Origin: a virus
Lineage: Duplodnaviria; Heunggongvirae; Uroviricota; Caudoviricetes
Reading direction: 5' to 3' (one strand)
IMG/VR virus record: IMGVR_UViG_3300042009_000026
Coordinates: 128,001 to 192,000 of that record
Length of the DNA stretch: 64,000 nucleotides
The position numbers and the translations under genes were made by a program. This document shows positions 18,574 to 29,040 of the stretch, piece after piece (within the stretch, counting starts at the first letter, position 1; each line of letters begins with the position of its first letter). Under the pieces are notes generated by a model. It was given only the letters and a program-made list of their open reading frames with translations, was not told where the DNA came from and ran no database searches.

Positions 18574-19849
18574 CAACCCACTCCTGCCAGACCCGCTGAC
18601 AACTCCGCCAGATGTGGAAGTTTCCTCTGATCTGTTAGAAGACCCTACTGATTACCCGATTGATAATCAAGCTGAGCTAGTTACTCTTATCGAAGAACCC
18701 GCTCCAATGACAACTGATGTCATTGATGGTAACCTGCAACCAGAACTAGAGATCGCTGTTGAAGCTATCAATGACTTACTGGATCTGCATGCTACTATTA
18801 AGGCACATGGTGTTAGCTCTCACGATATGGCTGGTCTGACTTCGATTCAGAAACGTCTGATTGATAACAACATTGCTTTGCCTAAGGCATCCTTGGAAGA
18901 ACACCAAGGTTACTTTACTCCTGAACGTTCTTTGTTAAACCAAAAGGTCAGCTTAGAGAACATTGGTAAAGTCATCCTTGAGACCATTAAAGCTTGGCTC
19001 AAGAAACTTATTGATCTGGTCATGTCTGGTTATCGTTGGGTTAAAGGTCTGAAACAAAAGCACGCCGTTCTCGATGCACAGCTAGTGAAAGCCCGTGGCA
19101 TTCTGTTAGAAGTCCGTAAGATCTATCTGAAGATGCGTACATTGAATGGCGTTCTGGGTATGGAAGCTTCTAGTACAATGTCCGAACTAGCCGGCACTAT
19201 GTTACTGACATCGTCTTTGCCTCGTAACCGTGTCACGCTATATGGCTTCTCTGACGACGATACTGTCAGACAGGTTAAGGCTTTGTTTGAAGACGCTCGT
19301 ATTACCAGTAACGCTATTTCGGCTAAGATTTCTCAACTGAGTCAATTGATGGGTAATCAGGAGATTGTTTCTGATGATGATCTCAATACACTGAGTGATG
19401 TTGTTAATGTACTGACCGGTACAGAAGCGATGTTGCAGATTTCTGACGATGATGAATATCTCTTGAAGAACTTAGGTTCTGATTTCTGGGAACATGTGGA
19501 GAAGTTCCGCAGTGTCCAAGTAATCGACTTTGATGCATTGGTTAAGCATTATGGTGCTGCTGCCGATTCCCTGGCTCGTATTCGGTCTATTAAAATCGAT
19601 AACCCTCAGCAAGCAGAATTTGCACAGAGCGTTGTTGATGTGATTACCATTACCGTTAATCGACTGAATACAATCATTGAGTTCTTTAATAAAGCCGCTC
19701 AAGCTCAAGTACAAGCTGCTAAGACTTATCGCGAGTACTACTCTAATGCTATCGACATTCTTATGCTGGATTTCAAATCGAAGAATCCATCGTCGCAGTC
19801 TGTGAAAGAAATGAAAGTTTTGATTGCACAACTACAAGCGTTGAAATGA
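18557..19849 (+). CDS. Internal head protein, protease-processed
   Basis: Acidic propeptide, ASLE/VSLE cleavage motifs followed by amphipathic IKAWLKKL helix. Confidence 0.8.
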   Translation: MDQEIDNPLLPDPLTTPPDVEVSSDLLEDPTDYPIDNQAELVTLIEEPAPMTTDVIDGNLQPELEIAVEAINDLLDLHATIKAHGVSSHDMAGLTSIQKRLIDNNIALPKASLEEHQGYFTPERSLLNQKVSLENIGKVILETIKAWLKKLIDLVMSGYRWVKGLKQKHAVLDAQLVKARGILLEVRKIYLKMRTLNGVLGMEASSTMSELAGTMLLTSSLPRNRVTLYGFSDDDTVRQVKALFEDARITSNAISAKISQLSQLMGNQEIVSDDDLNTLSDVVNVLTGTEAMLQISDDDEYLLKNLGSDFWEHVEKFRSVQVIDFDALVKHYGAAADSLARIRSIKIDNPQQAEFAQSVVDVITITVNRLNTIIEFFNKAAQAQVQAAKTYREYYSNAIDILMLDFKSKNPSSQSVKEMKVLIAQLQALK

Positions 19850-19885
19850 CATAAACGGCTTCCCCTAGGGGAAGCCAATATGCCG
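19850..19885. terminator. Bidirectional family hairpin
   Basis: CATAAAC-GGCTTCCC-CTAG-GGGAAGCC-AATATGCCG between convergent genes. Confidence 0.8.
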
Positions 19886-19887
19886 TG

Positions 19888-22788
19888 TTATTCAGCTACG
19901 TCGTGTGGTAGGAAGTTAACAGTTACGTCATCTTCAATTGTCAACAGTTGGTTAGCCAGTACCACCATCTTCTTACGAATAGACAACCGAACAGCATCGT
20001 CTTCCACAGTGATGATAGGATAGTTCTCTGTACCACCCAGACCATTCAGTTCGTTAGCCAATACATCGTCGCCACTAGTATCATCCAAACGGGTGACAAT
20101 GTTGGAACGAGAAATGGTCTTAAGCGAGATCTGATCATCCAAGATTTGTTTATCATTATCGATAAGCGAAGGACGGATAGTAGAGTTAGTATAAGCCGCT
20201 GGTTTAAGCCAGTGTGTAATCGAGAAGGCTTGGTCAATCTGGATCGTAGCCCGTTGTCCATCACGTACACTAACCACAGTATCACCGAAGGTCTGGGTAG
20301 GATAGACGAACAGTTTAGCTTTCTCCAATAGTCGTGCACTGATCTCTTCGATGTCTGAACGCAGCCAACCTACGAATTCCATAGGAATTTCTTGGCGATA
20401 TGCAACAGCTGCAGCCTCAGTAGCAAAGTAGAACAGACCATCGACCATCAAGATAGTTACTTCACGCAACAGTTTACGTGGAGCTACCAATACCGGCTTA
20501 TTATTCACGATGACCGGATCGCCTTTCAGGTGCAGCCAGACTTGTTCGCCTTGAGCATCGAGTACCGGTGTATCTTTAGCATGCAACAAGTTCATGATGA
20601 CTTCGCCATTAGGGCCGATGTCAATAACCAAGTTGCCGTTCTCATCTAGTTCATAAACGTTCTCAGTCCACATCTTAGGAACGTTAGTGGTCCAACGCTG
20701 ATAGTCCTCTTCACCGAGTACAGAACGGTTGCGTCGCCAGATACGAGTCATGTCGTAGCCCAGAGTTACTTCCAGACGTTCACGGGTTACAAGCATCCAT
20801 TGGTTAGGCAACAAATGCGCTTCTACCATGGCATCGATCTCATTAGGCATATACCCAGGAGTCATCGAGTTTATAACCAGAATAGAGATATCGAATTCAT
20901 TAGCCAGTTTCGTTTTGAAGTTAGTCTGTGCAGCAGAGAAAATGGACATGTTCGTAGTAAACAGTTCACCACTCGAATCGAGATCATAACTAGTGTCAAT
21001 ATTGAATTCAAACACTCGTTCATTATTCTCAATAGCTACCTGACGACCGTTAACCGAAGCGAAGATAGTTTCTCCAGTAGGACGATAACCGATCTGACAA
21101 ACAACCTGTGAATCATCTAACGATTGGAACTGAGTAGAAGAACTCAAACGAACCCGTACCAGATAACCAGTTGTAGTCCGAGAGATATCGTAAGCATCTA
21201 CGGTTGCTTGTAAGTTCGATGTATCGTTCTCACCAACAAATGTCTTCTCGGTAATAACTGGACTATCGAGGTAATAAGGACGGAAGTCAAAATTACCATC
21301 GGTAGCATCCATTACATAGTGGAATGGCGAATACACGAAACGAGATTCGTTAACCAAACGTGAGATGTCTTCAGGATCAGAGTTATTGATACCCGCCAGT
21401 TCGGCATCCGGTACCATCGTTACTTTCCCGTTAGCAAACCGGTAGAGCATTGTAGGTAAGATAGTAATGCGTTCACCGTTGTCTGCAGTGTGCGCAGAAG
21501 CAGCAATCGATTCCATGTTGATGCGTAACTGGGACATTACACAACCAGCACCAGACACTACGTCAAGAGCTTGAGGCTTGCCCAAACGCCTAGAGGCCAG
21601 GAATTGTCGATCGGTAATGTTGTCGATGTTGGATACCAACGTGTAGCCACGTTGATCAAGTTTTGCTTCCATCTGAACATCAGTGATTGGCAAATCAGGA
21701 TCACCCATTGTGTTGTCAATGGCACGATCTCTGAGAGTAACGAAATCCAAGGCATTAGCTCCACCTGTAACTCGTGTAAGGTTCAGTGCTTGTTTAATAC
21801 TGAACGTGTTAAGTGGAGACACGTAAGTTGTGTCATCATCAATAGCGTTAAACATTGCCTGAAACTGATCAGGACGGAAGTCAGCCATCGATACATCTAG
21901 TTCGCCTTGTGAGGTATAGATGTCAACCCGAATCTTACCAGTTGCCATACCCGTGTTAGTATAGATCGTTGGTATAGCTACTTGTAGTTGTTGACCAACT
22001 ACTCGCAGAACGGCAGTAACTTTTAATGGGTTATAAACTTGATCAGTATGGGTCGTAAGGATCTCAACCCAAGGTGAATTAACCCCACCGTCATTCAGAT
22101 ACACTCGGGCAAAATAGAATTTGTCAGAGAATGAATAAGAGTGTTCAAACAGAGTAGATGGAGACAGAGCATCCGTATTGGTATTGATCCGCATTTGTTT
22201 AACGGGGATCTTCAAACGAACTACTCGGTTACGCTGCATGCGTAACATATCCCACTGGACTTGGTTAGTCTTCAATGTTTCGATAGGGGATACAGAAGTG
22301 CCATCATAAACAATCTGTAACCCACCATGACGTAATACCCGTAATTCAATCGGGTACTGCATGGTAAATGGAATGGTGCCACCAGTAAACTGAGTCAACC
22401 GAGGAATAATTAATTTCCGTGCACCTTGATCACCATAAGGAATGGCCTTCTGGATAATCTCTTCATAACCGAGGTACAGTTGGAACTCAGTGGTAGAAGG
22501 ATTACAGAACCGACCGATGTAATCATCAGACGACATGTGGTAATAGGTTTCTTCTTGAGTCAAAGCCATCCGTGCGTTTAGTTTACGCATCTGAGCTTCC
22601 ATCTCAGTAATAGCCATGGTCACACCGAGCGTACCGCATTCCATAGATGCCACGAATGGGATAGTTGCATCCGGAATATCGTAAAGGCCTTTACCTTGAA
22701 GTTGTTGATCGAGTTCCTCCAGTGCAATCTGCTGCATCTGGCTAGGGTTACGTCGAGCATTATAAATGCGTTCTCTGTATTGGCTCAT
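19888..22788 (-). CDS. Large virion structural protein, probable baseplate wedge (phiKZ gp87 position)
   Basis: 966 aa, beta-rich; VTGGANALDFVTLRDR resembles the gp6/J-type GG..E..LR.R motif; synteny. Confidence 0.72.
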   Translation of the reverse strand: MSQYRERIYNARRNPSQMQQIALEELDQQLQGKGLYDIPDATIPFVASMECGTLGVTMAITEMEAQMRKLNARMALTQEETYYHMSSDDYIGRFCNPSTTEFQLYLGYEEIIQKAIPYGDQGARKLIIPRLTQFTGGTIPFTMQYPIELRVLRHGGLQIVYDGTSVSPIETLKTNQVQWDMLRMQRNRVVRLKIPVKQMRINTNTDALSPSTLFEHSYSFSDKFYFARVYLNDGGVNSPWVEILTTHTDQVYNPLKVTAVLRVVGQQLQVAIPTIYTNTGMATGKIRVDIYTSQGELDVSMADFRPDQFQAMFNAIDDDTTYVSPLNTFSIKQALNLTRVTGGANALDFVTLRDRAIDNTMGDPDLPITDVQMEAKLDQRGYTLVSNIDNITDRQFLASRRLGKPQALDVVSGAGCVMSQLRINMESIAASAHTADNGERITILPTMLYRFANGKVTMVPDAELAGINNSDPEDISRLVNESRFVYSPFHYVMDATDGNFDFRPYYLDSPVITEKTFVGENDTSNLQATVDAYDISRTTTGYLVRVRLSSSTQFQSLDDSQVVCQIGYRPTGETIFASVNGRQVAIENNERVFEFNIDTSYDLDSSGELFTTNMSIFSAAQTNFKTKLANEFDISILVINSMTPGYMPNEIDAMVEAHLLPNQWMLVTRERLEVTLGYDMTRIWRRNRSVLGEEDYQRWTTNVPKMWTENVYELDENGNLVIDIGPNGEVIMNLLHAKDTPVLDAQGEQVWLHLKGDPVIVNNKPVLVAPRKLLREVTILMVDGLFYFATEAAAVAYRQEIPMEFVGWLRSDIEEISARLLEKAKLFVYPTQTFGDTVVSVRDGQRATIQIDQAFSITHWLKPAAYTNSTIRPSLIDNDKQILDDQISLKTISRSNIVTRLDDTSGDDVLANELNGLGGTENYPIITVEDDAVRLSIRKKMVVLANQLLTIEDDVTVNFLPHDVAE

Positions 22789-23864
22789 TGTGGTGTCTCT
22801 TGATTAGGATTTTGGGTAGTCGTCGGAGCTGGAGCTTTTGTAATATTACCTGCTTTCAAAGCTTCATACTCTGATTTAGGTACCCACCATTCCAATTCCA
22901 TATTGGTTGGATTGATCCGAGGATAAGCGCGATAGTTGAAATATGCCTTTTCCCAAGGGAACAATAGATGCATGACATTTTCACGGTTCTCATCTTTCAT
23001 TGCTGAGTTAAAGTCTTGCTGCAGGTCATTAAACTCAAAGATTAGGATGTGATCGTAAGTCGTTACGCCATTGCAACGATAACTAAAGTTTAACTGGCTT
23101 GAGATAACTTGTGAACCCGTTTCCGAACCATCGCCAGTATAGTTAGCAATCTCACCAGTTGGAGCATTCTCCGGAGTAGCTGCACCACATGCAAAGATAC
23201 GTGTAACATAAGTACGAGTCTGATCCATAACCAGCCGATAGATCCGTGTATCGTAATCACGTTCATTCATCATTACTAATTCTGGATAAGGCATGGTGCG
23301 CCCTTCTTTACCCAGACCTTGTGCTAGCAACCACATGTAATGCATCAACGTAACTGGATCACCTTCAACGTTACGATACGTCGCTTGGAGCGTAAATGTT
23401 TCGTATTGGTATGGTACATCATCTACGTAAGCCATCGAGTCACGGTAGATACCGGCGGTGGTTGTAGACATGTTAATGGTGAAGTCTGGCCAACCGTTTA
23501 AAGAAATAAGGTTGTTAGACAGAATGGGAATAAAAGGAGACAATGGGTCAACCAATGAACTCTTCAGAGCATTTTCTTTCTGTGTAGCACTCCATGGATC
23601 AAGCGTAACACGCACTAATCTTTCGAGGCAATCTTGGTCTTCACGCAACAGCATAGACAACCTTCGGTCTACCATGCAGTTATCGTATGATAAATTGAAC
23701 AGCGGTTTCGTGAAGAACGTATAACCATGGTTCTCAGTGTTTTGTAGGAGCGGAGCATTTCGCCCTAAGATGTTGATGCCGAACGCCGCGTTGCTCAGTG
23801 CCTGGTTCCGCGGGACTTGTCCAATATTTTGTGCAATTTTCTCGATGTAACTATTTACTGACAT
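22785..23864 (-). CDS. Virion structural protein, tail-tube-like/baseplate (phiKZ gp88 position)
   Basis: 359 aa; GYTFFTKP motif; synteny. Confidence 0.7.
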   Translation of the reverse strand: MSVNSYIEKIAQNIGQVPRNQALSNAAFGINILGRNAPLLQNTENHGYTFFTKPLFNLSYDNCMVDRRLSMLLREDQDCLERLVRVTLDPWSATQKENALKSSLVDPLSPFIPILSNNLISLNGWPDFTINMSTTTAGIYRDSMAYVDDVPYQYETFTLQATYRNVEGDPVTLMHYMWLLAQGLGKEGRTMPYPELVMMNERDYDTRIYRLVMDQTRTYVTRIFACGAATPENAPTGEIANYTGDGSETGSQVISSQLNFSYRCNGVTTYDHILIFEFNDLQQDFNSAMKDENRENVMHLLFPWEKAYFNYRAYPRINPTNMELEWWVPKSEYEALKAGNITKAPAPTTTQNPNQETPQ

Positions 23865-23899
23865 TTTAACACTCTCTATTTTCTAAAAGGAAGAGACAC

Positions 23900-25168
23900 A
23901 TGGTAGCTCCAGTTTTAGCAGCTGCAACTGCAGTCGCTACGTCCACCGCTGCTCAAGTCGCTGGTAATGCGCTGATGCAGACTGTATTTAACTTGGCTAA
24001 GAACGGCCTGCAAGTTTCTTCACTTGCCGATCTAACCAAACCAGCCCGCGTAGAACCCCTGGCTATTGTCGACTCAACGTTGATCGATCAGCCTTACATG
24101 GTTTCTCTGTTGAAGCTGGCGACATCTAACTTCGCAGGTTACTACCTGCAAGCGGTAAACATGATTCTCGGCGTTGGTCGAATTGATACTCTTAAGGTAT
24201 TGGATTCCCTGAACCCTGATCGTACCCTGGGTTTTGACTACAGCAAAATGTCGGCCAAATCCAGTAATGAAAGTTTCGCTGCTGCTGCTTATGATCCACG
24301 TGTCTATGCCAACGGCCTGCCTTCGCTAGAAAGCTTCTCTCGTCGTATCCGTCCTTCTCTGTTGTTCTCGTTCGAAGCATTCTCTGACGATGATGTCAGG
24401 AATGTTCAAGGTAAGCTTGAGAAAGGTGCCGACTACATTGAACAGAAAGGTAAAGAAGCCGCTGGCGCAGGTTGGGGTCAAGGCGGTACTTCATCTAATG
24501 CCGAAATGTCAGCTGGGGATAATAAAATCCATGAGATCGAAAACCTAGCTGTAGGCAAGCTGTTGAACGTCGAAATTTCTGACGGCGACAAGTCGGCTAA
24601 ACTTCCAGTCCTGATCCGTATGATCCCGGCTGCTGTTCCACCTCAGTCGTTGGTTCATATGTTTAGTGCTGGCGGACGCGATAGCTGGGCTCAACGTATG
24701 TTCATGGTACAAACTGGTCAGATTAAATTCTGGCGTGATTTTGTACTCGGTCAAGACATGATCGATGAACACTTCCGTGCTTTGATGAACGATAAGTCCG
24801 GCGTATTCAAGATGATCACTGATCGTCGTCGCAACAACTCCTCGAAAGCTCTGCAGACTGGCCGTGTGTCAATCGCTGATGCTTCGAACGTTGCAATCGT
24901 TTCTACTGAAACACTGAAGATGGCTACCGGTAAACTGTTCGGTAAGATCGAACAAGAATCTGTACGTAAGGCAATCTTCGATAACAGCTATTTGTTGATG
25001 CTAATCGTTGTTGATGAGCGCTGGCAGCGTGTACAGATCTGGCACCGTGGTGTTGATCTGGCTACTACCCACAAGTTCGATGAGATCGAGCGGATGGAAA
25101 AATCGAAAGGCCCTGACATCACTGAAATGTTCAAGATGTTCAGTCGTTCCATGCAAACCAATTTGTAA
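23900..25168 (+). CDS. Head/inner-body protein (phiKZ gp89-like)
   Basis: SLADLTKPARVEP; SNE/SLE/SFE processing sites; synteny. Confidence 0.78.
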   Translation: MVAPVLAAATAVATSTAAQVAGNALMQTVFNLAKNGLQVSSLADLTKPARVEPLAIVDSTLIDQPYMVSLLKLATSNFAGYYLQAVNMILGVGRIDTLKVLDSLNPDRTLGFDYSKMSAKSSNESFAAAAYDPRVYANGLPSLESFSRRIRPSLLFSFEAFSDDDVRNVQGKLEKGADYIEQKGKEAAGAGWGQGGTSSNAEMSAGDNKIHEIENLAVGKLLNVEISDGDKSAKLPVLIRMIPAAVPPQSLVHMFSAGGRDSWAQRMFMVQTGQIKFWRDFVLGQDMIDEHFRALMNDKSGVFKMITDRRRNNSSKALQTGRVSIADASNVAIVSTETLKMATGKLFGKIEQESVRKAIFDNSYLLMLIVVDERWQRVQIWHRGVDLATTHKFDEIERMEKSKGPDITEMFKMFSRSMQTNL

Positions 25169-25183
25169 TAAAGGACCTCTAAA

Positions 25184-26074
25184 ATGAGACTGCTCGAATA
25201 CGTGGGTTCCTTAGCTCCTTTTAAAGAGCGTAAGGATCTGCTTAACCAAATCGCTGACCTGGAAGACGAATACGATTCTACGGTAGCACCCCTTCTTTCA
25301 GAAGTCCGTGACCTGATCCTTTCTATTGATGTTAAATCACAGATTGGTCAGAAGTACATTGGTTCCATGCAACGTTCGGTTAACTACCGTGGTAATTTCC
25401 TGGAACTGTTTTTCAAGTCGATGGAAACCGTTCGTGGTAATCTGGGCCTAGTGGTACAAGAAATCCGTCGTCTGTTTGCTTTCCAGTTCACCAACACTAA
25501 TTTGACTATCAACCGTGCTAACATTCTGAAGTATGTTGATGCGTTGAGCTTCTACATCCGTTGGGGCCGTAAGTTCATGCTGTTCCTGGTTACACAGGAA
25601 AGCCAAGCTCGTGGTAAAGCTTCTCCATCCCATTGGTCCCCTGCTGAAACCGATTGGGTTCAGTCGAACATGGATCAATTCATCGGTCTGTATCCAGCGA
25701 TGATTCTGAATCCTAATGAACTGAAACAAAAGTTCAATCAGGCTTCTGATGCTGAGATCAATGCTGAAACTTACGATCTGGCAACCCGCTCGTTGGGTGA
25801 TGCTAAGATGGACCCGCTTCGCATGGCTGGTTTCTCACCACAACAGAACCCGTTTCTGACTCTTGGTAAGTTTATTGCTGAATGGCGTATTGCTCGGTAC
25901 AAGGCTGCTCAAGAAGAGTACCACGCACTGCAACACCGTCTGCTGGAACTACGTGGTCAACTGCAAAATGATCCAGCTTCACCAGTCCTGCAACGTCAAA
26001 TCAAAATGTATGAAGAGCGTCTGTCTGAGTACGAATTTGAGATCGCAGCTACTGAAGCAGATGCACGCGGCTAA
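25184..26074 (+). CDS. Head/inner-body protein (phiKZ gp90-like)
   Basis: 296 aa with C-terminal coiled coil; synteny. Confidence 0.75.
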   Translation: MRLLEYVGSLAPFKERKDLLNQIADLEDEYDSTVAPLLSEVRDLILSIDVKSQIGQKYIGSMQRSVNYRGNFLELFFKSMETVRGNLGLVVQEIRRLFAFQFTNTNLTINRANILKYVDALSFYIRWGRKFMLFLVTQESQARGKASPSHWSPAETDWVQSNMDQFIGLYPAMILNPNELKQKFNQASDAEINAETYDLATRSLGDAKMDPLRMAGFSPQQNPFLTLGKFIAEWRIARYKAAQEEYHALQHRLLELRGQLQNDPASPVLQRQIKMYEERLSEYEFEIAATEADARG

Positions 26075-26085
26075 GGAGTCGAACC

Positions 26086-26607
26086 ATGGGTACGAATTCA
26101 GTAAAAATGAATAACGAATACTCTGGGGGTCAGGCTCAAGCACAACGTCGCTACATCACAAGTGTACGCGACGAACGCATCCGTGACCTATTCCAAGAGT
26201 TTACTACTTTCCCCACTCGCACAGAGTACTGGGAATTCCGTCGTCGTGTGATTGCTGAAGCTAAGCGTTTGTTCGGTGGGAACTATAACTGGTTCATCCT
26301 CCAAGACAACAATGCTCAACGGGTTGATTGGAACTACAAGTTTCTGCTCGATACCATCCGCTTCATTGCCACAGGTCGTCGTGAACTGAGCATCCATAGT
26401 TGGCCAATGATGCTGAGTGATGAACCACCTACTGGTTTGCAACTCATCGGTGGCCGTAGTGATGTTCAAGATCTTTTCAAACAACTGGCTCTAGCTACCT
26501 CAATTGAAGCTATGCTTCAGAAATGGTGCTCACAGCCAAAAGGCTTTGACGACTTGATGTATACCTTACACATGCTGTTTGGTAAAGCAACCGTCCGAGT
26601 CAAATAG
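26086..26607 (+). CDS. Conserved virion protein (phiKZ gp91 position)
   Basis: 173 aa, AAGGAG SD. Confidence 0.75.
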   Translation: MGTNSVKMNNEYSGGQAQAQRRYITSVRDERIRDLFQEFTTFPTRTEYWEFRRRVIAEAKRLFGGNYNWFILQDNNAQRVDWNYKFLLDTIRFIATGRRELSIHSWPMMLSDEPPTGLQLIGGRSDVQDLFKQLALATSIEAMLQKWCSQPKGFDDLMYTLHMLFGKATVRVK

Positions 26608-26616
26608 GAGTCAACA

Positions 26617-27957
26617 ATGGTTGGTGCAACCAATGCGATTGCTCCAGAGACCCCTAAATCAATCGACGGGGTAGAACCCGTCGATATGATCGCCTCGCTC
26701 GAACATCAGTTCGAATCTCTGGAAGAACGCACAGAGGCAACGCTACGTAAGTTAGCCCAAAGCTTGTCCTTCGGTGTTGCGTTGGAAGCTCAACGGTTAG
26801 ACCCCGATGCTACAATGTTCCAATATGCCTTAGAGAAATATTCGGATGTGGTCCCTAATGAGTATCTCTCATTAGAAGATATCTCGAATTCGTCTAAGAA
26901 GGTATGGGATCGGTCGGTCGAGTCATTAAAACAACTGCAGGCTGAAACAATCGAATATGCCCGTGTGATTAACATTGGCAGTGATCGGTTGGTTGAGAAG
27001 ACTAACATGTTGTTCGAACAATCTCAGGCTATTAAGAATGCACCATACAAGACTGAGTTCACACTGAAGTCCCCTAAGAAGTTTAATATCGATGGTCGGT
27101 ATGAACCTAAGGATGTTACTCGTGTAATCTCGTTGGCTAACTCTGCATTTGCTTTTCATGATAAAGTCTTTTTGTCTTTCATGGATACTGTCGCTAAAAT
27201 CTTCGATAAGCTTTCATTCAACAATGACTTTGCTGAAGAGGAAGGCGTCGACTTTTCTCGGTATTCCACTATCTCGTGGATGGCTAAAGCCGAACCTGTT
27301 GAACAAGATGACCGCTTCCGGGTGAGTTCTCCTCTATTCCGTACGCCAGCTGTACAAGGCAACAAAGCTTTATATGCATCTGGTCCAGGTGAAGCAAAAG
27401 AGAATGAGCTGATGAACTGGACATTCATGGTTAATACTGTTCGGGACTTCTCGTTCCGTTATTACACAGTACGTGAACTCAAGCCAGCTAACCAAGAAGC
27501 TTTGATTGTAGAAGTGAAGTCTGTTGATGATGTACGTAAACGACTAAGCCAATTGTTGGCTATCTCGAAACGTTTCCAATCTCGTAAAGGGTACGAATCG
27601 AAACTTGCACAAGCTCTACGTAGGATTCAACTTACGGGTGAGAAAGTACGTACTAAGGCGGGACAGTTTAAAGTAGAGCCCGACAATGAAGAGCAAGCAA
27701 TTGCCAAAGACGACATAAAAGAAAAATCCACGAAAGGACGTCCAGCTATCTCGGACATTATCCAGTCGGTTACTTTGATGATTAATAATGTTGCTCGTAT
27801 GGTCACTGATTACAACAACGCCATGGCGGGTATTCTAAGAACACTTGGCGGGTTAACGTATGTTGCTGAATTGGAACTGAGAGCTTTCCAGCCACCACTC
27901 CGTAAACCTACACCAAATGAAATTGAAGGCGCCCCAAATGCACAACCTCGAACTTGA
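26617..27957 (+). CDS. Internal head protein (phiKZ gp92 position)
   Basis: Multiple SLE/ALE sites in the N-terminal ~90 aa. Confidence 0.78.
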   Translation: MVGATNAIAPETPKSIDGVEPVDMIASLEHQFESLEERTEATLRKLAQSLSFGVALEAQRLDPDATMFQYALEKYSDVVPNEYLSLEDISNSSKKVWDRSVESLKQLQAETIEYARVINIGSDRLVEKTNMLFEQSQAIKNAPYKTEFTLKSPKKFNIDGRYEPKDVTRVISLANSAFAFHDKVFLSFMDTVAKIFDKLSFNNDFAEEEGVDFSRYSTISWMAKAEPVEQDDRFRVSSPLFRTPAVQGNKALYASGPGEAKENELMNWTFMVNTVRDFSFRYYTVRELKPANQEALIVEVKSVDDVRKRLSQLLAISKRFQSRKGYESKLAQALRRIQLTGEKVRTKAGQFKVEPDNEEQAIAKDDIKEKSTKGRPAISDIIQSVTLMINNVARMVTDYNNAMAGILRTLGGLTYVAELELRAFQPPLRKPTPNEIEGAPNAQPRT

Positions 27958-29038
27958 ACGGATTCGACTACAGCGTAAACTACAGACGCTGGGCGAGATG
28001 TTAGTTTCCTTAGAAGAATATCAGACACTAGCCAAAACAGGTTTAACCAAACCAACGGCCACCATTATCTCACATGACTTGGTTCGTATTGCCCGCCACA
28101 TTGGTAGTGTAGATGCTGTGTCTTTAGAAGATGCAGTTACAATGGAGCAAACCGCGACTCAGACCGCAACGGGCACTGATAGTACCTCTTTAGGTGATAA
28201 GGTATTGTCTGCCATCAAGACATTCAAAGAATGGCTGGTAAAGGCGTATAAGCTCGTTAAAGACCAGGTGGGTGCTCTACTGACTTCTTTCACTGCGTTG
28301 CGTGCTAAAGCAGATGCTTTGCGTGGTATGGTTAAGTCCGTACCTGATAATAATACCGAAGTTCACATTCCCGTGAAATTAGCTCAACAGGTTTCTATTT
28401 CTGGTGAGATGGGTGATGGTCATTTCCAAGCGTTGCGTCAGATAGCTAACTTTGGTGCAGTGGCTTATCCAGAAGCTATCAGCGAATTCTATTTGGAAAT
28501 TGCTACTGTAGTTAAGAACTTTGATCCCACGCAAGAAGCTAGCAGTATGGTTGCTGCGATCGAACAATCTTTGACTCCATTGAATTTCTCTAACGTGGAC
28601 ACAGAAACTTATCCTGGTAACGTAATGATCACTCATGACGAATCAGGTTACAACTATAACGTGGCTGAAACAGAAGCACGTATTGTTGAAGAAGATGTCG
28701 TTCGTAAAGTTCGTAGCTCTAGCGAACTAACCGCCGCCATCAATAATGTCGTTAAAGTTATCGATCTTGCCGAAAAGATTGAAGGTACATCAGCACAGAT
28801 TGAAACAGCTATTGATAAAGTAGTTGAAGCGTCTGACGCCTTGGTTGCTAAAGTAAAAACTAAGGATGAGGACCAGAAGAAGAACGCTAGTGCTATGGTC
28901 ACTAGTGTATTAGCAACTACTTCTAAGGTATCCACTAGTACAGCGGGTATCATTCGTTACTTAGGTCGTGTATTGAATGCACATCTGCAGATCATCGATC
29001 ATGAAGTTAAAACAGCAACTAATTCACAGCGAGTCTAA
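27917..29038 (+). CDS. Internal head protein, phiKZ_IP-like paralog
   Basis: VSLE sites, GLTKPTA propeptide helix, FKEWLVKAY amphipathic helix, YPGN motif; start may be 27938. Confidence 0.8.
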   Translation: MKLKAPQMHNLELERIRLQRKLQTLGEMLVSLEEYQTLAKTGLTKPTATIISHDLVRIARHIGSVDAVSLEDAVTMEQTATQTATGTDSTSLGDKVLSAIKTFKEWLVKAYKLVKDQVGALLTSFTALRAKADALRGMVKSVPDNNTEVHIPVKLAQQVSISGEMGDGHFQALRQIANFGAVAYPEAISEFYLEIATVVKNFDPTQEASSMVAAIEQSLTPLNFSNVDTETYPGNVMITHDESGYNYNVAETEARIVEEDVVRKVRSSSELTAAINNVVKVIDLAEKIEGTSAQIETAIDKVVEASDALVAKVKTKDEDQKKNASAMVTSVLATTSKVSTSTAGIIRYLGRVLNAHLQIIDHEVKTATNSQRV

Positions 29039-29040
29039 AC